This document shows, piece by piece, positions 28,418 to 37,882 of a stretch of DNA of 64,000 nt; positions within the stretch are counted from its first letter, which is position 1, and each line of letters opens with the position of its first letter. The DNA comes from an uncultured delta proteobacterium. Lineage in GTDB: Bacteria; Myxococcota_A; Polyangia; Polyangiales; Polyangiaceae. The DNA lies in contig CAWAIF010000003.1 in the NCBI GenBank assembly GCA_963782055.1, positions 2,304,001 to 2,368,000 of the forward strand, in the 5' to 3' direction. Both the position numbers and the translations under genes were made by a program. The notes beneath the pieces were generated by a model. The model was not told where the DNA came from and searched no databases. It saw only the letters and a list, made by a program, of their open reading frames with translations.

Positions 28418-28740
28418 GGGGCTACGTGGAGAATCCTACCGCCTTTGGCCCCCGGTGTGGACACACCTCTTCTTCCCCCGTACGCGCGCCGCCGCAACGC
28501 CCACGGACCGTCGCGGGGCGCGACTGGTCGAGGAGCGCGCGACCATTGTGCGGGTAGCTGGCGCCTGCCGCGCGAACGGGTCCGCGGTGGTGGGTCACGA
28601 GGTTTGTCGGTCTCCGCCTGCTCGGGAAAGCCGTGGAGGCTCAGGAGAGGTTGGGCCCGCGAAGCAGACCACCCGCTGGTCACGGTGGAACGCGTTCGAC
28701 CTCCGGTTCCCGCAGCGGCGCCGACGTCCACCACCAAAAA

Positions 28741-30143
28741 TCACGACCCGGGGGCGTCGAACCTCGGGTCCGACCGCGCGGACAGGGGCCGGCGCGACGA
28801 GGGCCCGCCGAGGACGCGCGAGCGCAGCGAGTCGTAGATCGGAGCGCTACCCATCCACTGCGCCACCGTCATCGCGGCGAAGCTGGCGGCCAGCATCGGC
28901 AGCAAGCTGGTGAAGGCGGCTGTCATCTCGATCACCAGAACGATGCCGGTGACCGGCGCACGCACCACGCCGACGAAGAACGCCGCCATGCCGACCACCG
29001 CGAACGCCGCCGGGTCGATGCCGAGCCCGGGGAGGGCAGCGCGGGCGACGACGCCACACAACAGTCCCATCTGCGCGCCCAGCAGCAACAGCGGCGCGAA
29101 CAGTCCCCCGGGGGTGAAGGCGGAATGCGAGGCCGCCCCGAGCGCGTAGCGCACCGCGAAGTACGCCGGGATCGCGGCCGCAGTGAGCGACCCCGCGAGC
29201 AGGCGCACCGTCATGTCGGAGCCGCTCCCCACGAGCGCAGGGGAGACCCATGCCACGACGCCGACGACGGCGCCCATCCACGCCGCGTGGCCCACACCGC
29301 GACGCGACCGAGCCGCTCCGACGCGTCGGCGATGGCGAGGATCAGGCGGTTGTAGAGCGCCGCCACCGCCCCCACGAACGCGCCGAGCGCGATGTCGATC
29401 GGCCAGGTGGCCGCCGCGGCGTAGGAGAGCGGACCTGCTCCAGACAACGCGTGCGGCGAGACGACCACGTGCAGCACCGGGGCCGTCGCCGAGCATCAGC
29501 CGCGAGACGATGATGGCGGCCGACGAGGCGCCGATCGCGGCGACCGCGGTGCGATGCTCGAAGCGTCGCTCCAGCTCCTCGAGCACGAACACCGCACCCG
29601 CGATCGGCGCGTTGAACGCCGCCGCCAGCCCGGCGCCCGCACCGGCGGCGATCAGCGCTCGAACGTCGCGCCACGGCCGGCGCATCCTGTCGCCGAGGAT
29701 GCGCGCACCCGCCGCGCCCATCTGGACGCTCGGTCCCTCCGGGCCCAGGGCTAGCCCCGAGCCGATCGCGAGGACGCCACCCACGAACTTCACCAGGATG
29801 AGGCGCGCCAGCGGCACGAGCCGCATCTCGCGGCGAAGCGCCGCTTCGACCTGGGGGATGCGCTACCGGACGCCAGCGGCGAGTAGCGACGCACCAGCCA
29901 CGCCGCCGCGCTCACGCAAGCGCATGCGCCCCCCGCGACAAGCAGCAGCCCGAGGGGGCCGGGCAGCGCGTGCGAGGCCGCGACGAGGCGTCCACGCCAG
30001 CGGTCGGCGAGGCGCAGCGCGAGTCGGAACAAGGCCACGACCAGGCCGGCCCACGCGCCGGCGAGGACGGCCGCCGCCGCGAGCGCAACCACACCGGTCC
30101 GCTCTTCGGCAGCGTCGCCTTCGGGGGCCTTCTCCTCCCCCAT
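28741..30143 (-). CDS. clcA: ClC family H+/Cl- transporter interrupted by three single-base indels (~29860, ~29480, ~29290)
   Basis: Restorable GSGIP, GPEGPSVQMG, GAGAGLAAAFNAPIAG..FVLEE, PGGLFAP, APVTGIVLVIEMT, PIY; start overlaps Usp stop (ATGA). Confidence 0.85.
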
Positions 30144-31156
30144 CACGACCTGCGGCGCATCGCCGGCCCTCGCGCGCCGCGCGCGGTGTCCCAGAAGTGG
30201 CTGCCCTCCCCGAGATCCTGCAGCATCAGCAGCGGCACCGTGCCGTGAGCCAGCAGGTACTCCGTGACGCCGCCGAAGGAGCGTGCGGTGTCGCACGTCG
30301 AGCCGTGCGCCGACAGGACGATCAGGTCGGCACGCGCGTCGCGGGCGGCGTCGAGGAGCCCGCGCCCGCCGCTCGAATGGCGCGACACGACGCATCGAAC
30401 CAATCGCGCGACCGGCGCCAGCCCGCCTCGAGCGCGTGCGAGATACCGCTCCGCGCCGCTCTCCATTCGCTCGGCGAGTCTTCGCGCGAGCGCGACGTCC
30501 TCGTCCGCGGGGAGCAGGCCGACCGGAAGGCGGACGACGTGCGCCAGGATGATCTCCGCGCCGTGCGCGTTCGCCATCCGCGCCGCGGCCGGCAGGGCGG
30601 CCTCGGCCCTCGGTGACCCATCCAGCGGGACGAGGATGCGCCGCGTCCCGGCCCTGGCCTCGGCTCCAGGGCACCCGCGTCCCACGAACACGGAGCAACG
30701 CGCGCGTGCCAGCACGTGGCGCGAGGTGCGGCCGAGCGCCGCGCCGTCGCCCCCGCTGCCCCGCCCGAGCACGGTGACATCTGCGTGGAGCTCCCTGGCC
30801 AGATCGGCGATCCGCTCCGCCGCGCATCCCTGCTCGACCCGGGTGCCGACCGGTTCCCCCAGGACGCGCTCCAGCTTTCCCTGCAGCCACCCGACGTAGG
30901 CGCGCGACTCGCGAGTCTTGACGTCCCATTGCGGCACGTCGCCCGCGTGCGGCGCCCGGCGCTCGGGCCGGCGCTCCAGCACGTGCAGCAGGGAGACGCG
31001 CGCCGCGAAGGCGCGGGCGAGACCCGCGGCCTGCTTCACACACCAGAGGGAGAACCGGGACCGGTCGACGCAGGCGAGAACGTGGCGCCGGCGAGCGGGC
31101 TCGGCGAATGACAGGGAACCAGGTGTCGCTGCCAACATGGACGCCCTCGTGAGCAA
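30143..31156 (-). CDS. Tandem-domain universal stress protein
   Basis: RHVLACVD, RILVPLDGS.RAE, ADLIVLSAHG, FGGV..YLL.H..VPLL; start uncertain. Confidence 0.85.
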   Translation of the reverse strand: MLTRASMLAATPGSLSFAEPARRRHVLACVDRSRFSLWCVKQAAGLARAFAARVSLLHVLERRPERRAPHAGDVPQWDVKTRESRAYVGWLQGKLERVLGEPVGTRVEQGCAAERIADLARELHADVTVLGRGSGGDGAALGRTSRHVLARARCSVFVGRGCPGAEARAGTRRILVPLDGSPRAEAALPAAARMANAHGAEIILAHVVRLPVGLLPADEDVALARRLAERMESGAERYLARARGGLAPVARLVRCVVSRHSSGGRGLLDAARDARADLIVLSAHGSTCDTARSFGGVTEYLLAHGTVPLLMLQDLGEGSHFWDTARGARGPAMRRRS

Positions 31157-31284
31157 GGGCCATGCCGCCCGCGAGCGTCGCGGTTGTCCCGCGTTCAGAG
31201 GAGCGCGGTGCTCGACTGGCAGACCGCCGGCTCACGCTGTGGCCGCGCTGGCTCACCGGCTTCCACTCCAATGGGCGCCTGCTG

Positions 31285-32574
31285 CTACAACGCCAGCGAC
31301 TCGAGCGACAGCGTCGCGATCACGTCGAGCAGCGCATCGCACAGCGAGTCGAGCCGCGCCACCAGCGCGTCGCTGCTCTCGCTGTCGTCCCGCATCGCCG
31401 CGTCCTCCAGCGCCGCGGCGACACCGGCCGTGACCGTCGAGAACGCACCCACCGTTCCCACGAGTTGATGCGCCGCTTCGCGCAGCTCCTCCAGATCGCC
31501 GCTCGCCAGCGCCGCGTGAACGCGCGCCATCTGCACCGGCAGGGTGCGCCGGAACACGCCGCGCAACTTCTCGAAGACCGACGCCTGCTTCCCACAGGCG
31601 CGGAGAATCGCCCTCGCGTCGAGCAGGCCCGGCTCGATCGTCCGTGGCGCTCTCGCGTCGATCGGCCAGTCGGCGACCAGTCGATCCATGACCGCCCACA
31701 GGGCCGCGGCCTCGATGGGCTTCGCCAGGAACTCGTCCATGCCGGCGGCGAGGCAGCGCTCGCGATCGCGCGCCGACGAACGCGCGGTCAGCGCGACGAT
31801 GCGTAGGTGCTCGTGCGTTCCGCGCTCGTGCTCGCGGATCGCTTCGACGACCTCGAATCCGTCGAGCTCCGGCATGTGAAGGTCGAGCAGCATCAGATCG
31901 AACTCACCCTGCAATGCGAGCTCGAGCGCTGCACGACCGTCGCTCGCGAACTGCGCGACGTGCCGGTGCTGCCTCAGGAGCTCCCTCAAGAGCGTGACGT
32001 TGAGCTCGTTGTCCTCGGCGACCAAAAGGCGCAGCGGCCGCGAGCTCTCGGGCTCGCCTCCCGCGGGTCCGGCCGCGTCCGGCACCGTGGGCTCCAGGTG
32101 CATCGCCGCCCAGATGGCCTCGAGCAGCTCCGACTGCTGAACGGGCCTCAACAGATACGCGAGCACGCCGTTCTCTCGCGCGAGCATGGAGAGCTCCGCG
32201 CTGTCCTCGGAGGACAGCAGGATCAGGCGCGGCGCGCCGGCCCCCCAGCGCCGGCGGATCTCACCGGCGAGCGCGATACCATCCGCGTCGGGCATGCGCG
32301 CGTCGAGCAGCACGAGGGAGACCGGTGCGCCGGCGGAGTGCGCAGTGGCCAGCGCGGCCAGCGCCTCCGCGGCGTTGCTCGCCGCAGTCGGTCGCATGCG
32401 CCAGCTCGTCAGCCACTCGACGAGGGTCCTCCGATTCGTCTCGTTGTCGTCGACCACGAGTACCCGCAGGTTTGCGAGTCGCTCCGGCGAGACGGTCGCG
32501 GCATCGGGATTCGCCGAACGCGCGAACCGCGCCGTGAACCGGAACGCGCTGCCGCATCCCGGCGCGCTCTGGAC
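31285..32574 (-). pseudogene. Hybrid sensor kinase C-terminal part (end of HATPase, two REC, Hpt), 5'-truncated
   Basis: VQSAPGCGSAFRFTARF, LVVDDNETN, LLDARMP, LVAEDNELN, LLDLHMP, AHQLVG (Hpt); kinase core absent. Confidence 0.8.
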
Positions 32575-32575
32575 C

Positions 32576-32701
32576 GGGGTCGACGTGATCCTGGAGCTCG
32601 GCGAAGGCCTGCCCCACGCCTACCCGATCATGCTCGGCACCCCCGAGGCTGCCCGGGCCACCGAGCAGATCGGGAAGTCTTTGCGGGAACGGGTCCGCTG
32701 A
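32576..32701 (+). pseudogene. C-terminal fragment of an alpha/beta-hydrolase (esterase-like)
   Basis: GVDVILELGEGLPHAY...PEAARATEQIG typical esterase C-terminus with catalytic His; no upstream body. Confidence 0.6.
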
Positions 32702-32730
32702 GGGCTCGCTGGACTCGCGACCCAGTGGCG

Positions 32731-33576
32731 TCAGCGGCCGCGACGCTTGGCGGGCGCCGCGCGTTTCGTCGCTGATCGCCTGAGGAAGACCGCGGCCTTC
32801 TCCTCGAGCACGCGGAAGGTGAACGACTCGGTGATGTAGAGCTCCACTTCGTCGCGCGTGTGTGCGGCGTAGCCGATGGACAGGTCCTGCCCGACGGTGA
32901 GCTCGAAGTCGCCGCCGCGGGTCGACAGCAGCACCGCTCCTCCCTCGAGCGCGGGTGCCCACACGAGCGGCCCGTCGATCAGGATGCCCTCGATTCGTCG
33001 GCGCGGCGGGTAGCCGTCCTCGCTGTCGGCGGTGAGCTCTGCGTAGGACTGCCTTCCGAGCGCGAGCGCGTACGGTCCCGTCGCGCCGGCTGCCCGCAAG
33101 ATCTCCTTCGCACGCACGATCGCGCGCGGCCACTCGAGCGCGGCCCCGACGTCGATGGGCGCGTGCGGGCTCGCCTGGACGATCCCCGCGATGCCGCCCG
33201 CGTCGAAGCCATGGAAGACGGCGCCGTCCTCGACACGCGCGACGCGCTCGGCCGCGGCGGTGACCGGGACCAGATCGAGGTCGCTCGCGCCACGCGCCGC
33301 GTAATCGAGCTCCTGGATCTTCAGCTTGAAGGGCGAGCGAAGCTCGACGAGCGCCTGCACCTCGCGCACGGCCGTCGGCACACCGGCTACCGGACCTTTG
33401 GCGATGAACTCCAGGCGCCCCGTGTTGACCGAGGCGAGCTTCCACCCGTGAGGGCCGGAGAAGTCGACGAGCTTGCGACCGGCCAGATGCTGCTCGAGAA
33501 CGCGGCGCGCCTCGAGATCGATCTGCTCCCAGGCCTCCGGGCAGATGGGGGCAAGGTCACGCTTGAGGAGATCCAT
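32731..33576 (-). CDS. Family 1 encapsulin shell protein (linocin M18-like)
   Basis: MDLLKRDLAPI..EAWEQID, GRKLVDFSGPHGW, EDGAVFHG, RGGDFELTVGQDLSIGY, ELYITESFTFRV. Confidence 0.95.
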   Translation of the reverse strand: MDLLKRDLAPICPEAWEQIDLEARRVLEQHLAGRKLVDFSGPHGWKLASVNTGRLEFIAKGPVAGVPTAVREVQALVELRSPFKLKIQELDYAARGASDLDLVPVTAAAERVARVEDGAVFHGFDAGGIAGIVQASPHAPIDVGAALEWPRAIVRAKEILRAAGATGPYALALGRQSYAELTADSEDGYPPRRRIEGILIDGPLVWAPALEGGAVLLSTRGGDFELTVGQDLSIGYAAHTRDEVELYITESFTFRVLEEKAAVFLRRSATKRAAPAKRRGR

Positions 33577-33932
33577 CACTTCGCTCCTTTGAGGCTGCCG
33601 ATGCCGAGCGAGGCCGCCGCCGCGCCTGCACCCGTGCCGTTCTTTTCGACGTCGACGATCGCGCCCGTGGAGTTCACGTAGGTCGCCAGGTTCGCATCGA
33701 ACGCGGTGTCGTGACGCCGGATCCACTCGAGCACCATCGCCGCGTGCTCGATCTCCTCATTTTTGTTGTGGAGCAGCACGGCGCGCAGCTCCTCGTCCGT
33801 GCACGCCTCGGCGCGTTGCTGGTACCAGTCGATCGCCTCGAGCTCCTCTTTGAGCGAGACGATGGCCCGATGCATGTTCTTCGTCTCTTCAGAGAGGAGC
33901 TCCTCCCTCTCGTGGAAATTCTCGCTGCTCAT
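33576..33932 (-). CDS. Encapsulin-associated ferritin-like cargo protein (EncFtn/Flp)
   Basis: HRAIVSLKEELEAIDWYQQRA, HNKNEEIEHAAM.LEWIRR; C-terminal cargo-loading peptide SLGIGSLK. Confidence 0.95.
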   Translation of the reverse strand: MSSENFHEREELLSEETKNMHRAIVSLKEELEAIDWYQQRAEACTDEELRAVLLHNKNEEIEHAAMVLEWIRRHDTAFDANLATYVNSTGAIVDVEKNGTGAGAAAASLGIGSLKGAK

Positions 33933-34060
33933 CGGCGACGGTCATACCACTCCATCGAGCCAGACCGGATCCGGAATCGCCGCCGACCGCGAGCTCCAGG
34001 CGATCCCTCGACGCGTCCACGTCCTGGCCACCGTGACCAGCGAGTAGGCACGCCGCCCCA

Positions 34061-34792
34061 GTGATCCTGCTCGACGAGATCGGCGACATGCCCTTGCCGC
34101 TGCAGGCCAAGCTCCTCCGCTTGCTGCAGGAGCAGACGTTCGAACGCGTCGGCGGAACCGAGACCCTGCGCACCAACGTGCGTGTCCTGGCGTCCACGCA
34201 TCGCGACCTCCGCGCGTGGTCGGCGGAGGAGAAGTTTCGCTCCGACCTCTACTACCGGATGAGCGTGTTCACGATCCATCTGCCACCGCTGCGCGAACGC
34301 GGGACGGATCTCGAGCATCTCGCGCGTCGCTTCGTGTCGCGGTTCGGGCGGGCGCTGCACCGCGACATCCGCGAGATCGCCCCCGAGACTCTCGGTCTGC
34401 TCCGCGCGTACTCGTGGCCAGGCAACATTCGCGAGCTGCAGAACGTGATCAAGCAGGCGCTGCTGCGGGCGAGCGGCACGGTGCTGCTACCGGCGTTTCT
34501 GCCGGAGCTCGAGATGGGGGCGTCGAGTGGAGCCGGGGAATCGACCGGCGCGCCGCCCGATCTGGACGCCTTCATCCGCGCGCAGATGGCGCGCCACAAC
34601 AACGACGTCTACGCGGAGACTCATCGATACGTCGACAGGTTCCTGCTGGTGCGCGCGCTCGAACGGACCGGTGGGAACCAGCGGGACGCGGCTCGCCTCC
34701 TCGGAATCTCGCGCCAGACGATGCGGACGAAGCTGCGCTCGCTCGGGCTGACGGTGAACCTGGCGCTCGAGATCGAGGACGAGAGCTCCTGA
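34061..34792 (+). pseudogene. Sigma-54-dependent Fis-family activator, 5'-truncated
   Basis: Begins at Walker B LLDEIGDMP; FRSDLYYR, WPGNIRELQN, Fis HTH; Walker A and GAFTGA absent. Confidence 0.8.
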
Positions 34793-34894
34793 CCAGATCA
34801 CCGCGCGCCTCGGCATCGCCAGAGGGCCCGGAAGGTCGGAGCTGACCGGGGTAGTCGATCCCGGCCTTCTCCGAGCTTCGAGGTGCCGGGCCCC

Positions 34895-35315
34895 TCAGGA
34901 CCGGGCGAGGACGAGGGGCGTGTCGACGAGATGCTCGCTCACGAACCAGACCTGACGCTCGTTGGTCCGCACGACGTCGCTCACGAGGACGTCGTTCGTC
35001 CCGTCGTCACCGAGCTCCGCGGCGCGACGCGCCAGAGCGCGCGCCTCGATGAGCACGTGCTCGTGCGCTTCGAGCAGCCGCGACAGCTGCACGGGCACCT
35101 CTTCGCGGCCGCGTAGCGGCGCTTCGACGTTGGCCAGCTCGGCGACGTCGCCGCTCATCGCGACCGAGATGCCGCCGAGCACCTGAACGCGCTCGGCGAG
35201 GGTGTCGACGAGCTCCGTCTGCTCCGCCGCGTGCTTGTCGAAGAGCAGGTGGAGCGCGTAGAAGCTCGGCCCGGACACCTGCCAGTGGTGCTTCTTGTAC
35301 AGGTCACGCAGCGCC
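34895..35315 (-). pseudogene. dps: Dps family protein, 5'-truncated
   Basis: LRDLYKKHHWQVSGPSFYALHLLFD, VDTLAERV, DDGTNDVLVSDV.RTNE.QVWF. Confidence 0.85.
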
Positions 35316-35319
35316 TCGA

Positions 35320-35750
35320 GCTGGGTGGGCGTCGTGCGTGAAGCGCTCGCGCTGTTCGACGACGGCGACGCCGCGATCGATCTCGACGCGCCCAAGGCCG
35401 TTTTCGTCACCTCGCACCGGCGATCCATCGAGCGCGTCGTCCTCAACTTGCTGCGCAACGCCGTCTACTACGGGCAGGGAAGGCGCATCGAGGTGCGTGT
35501 TCGTGCGGCCCGGAGTCGCGTGCAGCTCACCGTCCGCGATCGAGGTCGCGGTATCTCGCCGGAGTGTCTCGAGCGGCTCGGCGAGCCGTACCGCTCTGGC
35601 GACGGGGCGATGCAGTTCGAACGATTCGGCCTGGGGCTCTGGATCGTGCGCCGCCTCGCCGAATCGATCGGCGCGCCGGTCCGGGTGGCGAGCCAGGTCG
35701 GCGCCGGCACGGCCGTGACGATCGCCCTGCCGCGCGCGGCCGCGCGATGA
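35320..35750 (+). pseudogene. Histidine kinase HATPase_c fragment, 5'-truncated
   Basis: NLLRNAVYY, VRDRGRGI, GLGLWIV, GAGT; no HisKA domain or start. Confidence 0.75.
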
Positions 35751-35840
35751 TTCTTACGCCGACGACCCGAGGCTCACCGCGATCGCGCTGCTCGGGGTGC
35801 TCTTCTTCCGGACGCTGATGACGCCACGCGCCCCGAAGGC

Positions 35841-36635
35841 TCACCTGGGTACGCCGTAGAAGTAGGTGCCGGTGCCGAACGGGAGGTAGCGGAACGTGCC
35901 GTACTCCCACCGGAAGTCCTGGCCGAAGGGCGCCACCATCGCGCGCAGGTCCTCCTCTTCGTAGACGCGCAGGGTGCTCACGAGCCCGTCCCACACCGCC
36001 ATCCCGAGGGCGGCGGGCGTCAGCCAGGTCAGCACCGCCTTGGCGAACCGGTCGCGCTCGCTGAGGAGCGGGTTCGCGAGGAGCGCCGGCACGCCGGCCA
36101 TGGCGAAGTTCGCGAACTGCAATGGCTCGCGCGCGAAGCCCTCGGCCACGAATACGCCCTTGGCGCCCCTCACGGCGTCGCGAAGCACCGCGGTGGCGAG
36201 CTCGGGAGGGAAGTGGTGCAGCACGTTGATGATGGTCCGCGCGCGCCCCGTGGCGAGATCTTCCGGCACGTTCGTCGCGTCGACGGGCGCGGCGTGGAAG
36301 TCGATGGCCTCCGGCTGCGCGTCTCGCGCCGCGGACCACGCCTCCACGCGCGGGTGCAGGTCGGTCAGCACGAACCGAGGCACCGCGCGCCCGCGCCGGG
36401 ACAGAGCCTCGGCCAGGATCCGCGCCGGGCCGCCTGCCCCGGCCCCCAGATCGAGCAGCTCGGTCGAGCCCGACGCTTCCATGAAGCGCGCGAACGGATC
36501 CACGAGGCCGTCGAGCATCCGGCCCCAGTCGAGCGTGCGCGACAGGGACTCGACGATGGTGTCACGCACGGCCGGATGGACGCCGGCCAGATCGTTGAAC
36601 TCGAACAGCTGCAGGCGAGGCCACCAAGACGACAT
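35841..36635 (-). CDS. Class I SAM-dependent methyltransferase-like protein
   Basis: LLDLGAGAGG motif I, LTDLHP, VDAT, LHHF. Confidence 0.8.
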   Translation of the reverse strand: MSSWWPRLQLFEFNDLAGVHPAVRDTIVESLSRTLDWGRMLDGLVDPFARFMEASGSTELLDLGAGAGGPARILAEALSRRGRAVPRFVLTDLHPRVEAWSAARDAQPEAIDFHAAPVDATNVPEDLATGRARTIINVLHHFPPELATAVLRDAVRGAKGVFVAEGFAREPLQFANFAMAGVPALLANPLLSERDRFAKAVLTWLTPAALGMAVWDGLVSTLRVYEEEDLRAMVAPFGQDFRWEYGTFRYLPFGTGTYFYGVPR

Positions 36636-36872
36636 GCTCGCGAGCGTAGCGCGTGTCGCTCCCCACGGTGATCTCGCTCCAGTCGCCTGCACGCGCATCG
36701 GAGGCGGGGCGGCGCGTCGGTCGCCGGCGGAAGCCGATGACGACGCGGCCGCAACATGCGCGCGCCAGGCGAACTTCGCGCGCTCGTCCGGTTTCTGGTG
36801 GGCGCGATTCCTCGCGTGTGAGCCACTCGGGGGCGACCCGTGCCGCGGCACGGCGTTTGCGTGATCCGGAGG

Positions 36873-37835
36873 ATGGAGAAGGGAAAGGTGCACTCCTCGT
36901 CGTCGCGGCTCCGGAGGAGCGCCACGCCGCTCCTGGTCGCGGTCGTGGGCGCGGCGCTGTGGAGCTGCAGCGCCGGGTCGACACCGGGTTTGCAGCTCGA
37001 CGCGGGCGTCGACGCGCAAGGGGACGAGAGCGGCTCGGCGGACGCGGCCGATGGCAGCAGCGGCGGCATCGCCGATGCGGACGACGGCAGCGCGCTGCTC
37101 ACCGACTTCGATCGCCTTCGCGCCCTCTCCGGCAAGCGCGTCTACTTCCAGCATGCCTCCGTCGGCGGCGAAGCGATGGGCGTCTATCAGGGGATCAGCG
37201 CCTGGCCGGACCCGACCTGGGGCATCGTCAAGATCGTGGCCGACAACCCCGGGTCGGGGACCTCCGTCGCGACCGACGCGTACACGGCCGCGGCCATTCC
37301 AGCCGGGAGCATCGGGGAGTGGTCGCACGGTGCGGACAACGGCCAGCCCGCCACCAAGCTCTCGCTCTTCGATCAGCACGTCCGGGGAGGCCTCGGCGGC
37401 GCGATGGACATCGCGATGTTGAAGCTGGGGACGCCGGACATCGACCAGGGCACCGGCACGATGGCCGGAACGAACGGCCTCTCCCAGGCGACCTGGTTCG
37501 CCACGGTCTATCAGCCGACGATGGCGGCGCTCGAGGCGGCCTACCCGAAGACCACCTTCATCCACGCGACCATTCCCATTCACAACTGCGTGGCCTACTG
37601 GGGTAACGCCTACTACGAACAGTGGAACGAGCGGATTCGCAGCAGCTACCCGGGCAGGGTGTTCGACCTCGCCTACTGGGAGAGCGTCAACGTCGCGGCC
37701 GCGCGCGCTTACGGCCCGGACGGCGCGCCCTGCATCCACGCCGACTGGGCCATTCCCGGCGACGCGCACGTCAACGAGGCAGGGGCGAACTGGCTCGGAG
37801 AGCACCTGCTCGCCTTCCTCGCGAGCCTCCCGTGA
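36873..37835 (+). CDS. SGNH/GDSL-like hydrolase lipoprotein
   Basis: LWS-C lipobox; YFQHASVG, VFDLAYWES, GDAHVNEAG. Confidence 0.7.
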   Translation: MEKGKVHSSSSRLRRSATPLLVAVVGAALWSCSAGSTPGLQLDAGVDAQGDESGSADAADGSSGGIADADDGSALLTDFDRLRALSGKRVYFQHASVGGEAMGVYQGISAWPDPTWGIVKIVADNPGSGTSVATDAYTAAAIPAGSIGEWSHGADNGQPATKLSLFDQHVRGGLGGAMDIAMLKLGTPDIDQGTGTMAGTNGLSQATWFATVYQPTMAALEAAYPKTTFIHATIPIHNCVAYWGNAYYEQWNERIRSSYPGRVFDLAYWESVNVAAARAYGPDGAPCIHADWAIPGDAHVNEAGANWLGEHLLAFLASLP

Positions 37836-37882
37836 GCGCTCCACCCTGATGGGCGTGGTGTATGCTTCGCCGTGGAGGCGGC

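Noticed and set aside
32731..33576. Encapsulin as a prophage capsid
   Set aside because: The cargo gene with a loading peptide is adjacent and no phage genes are present
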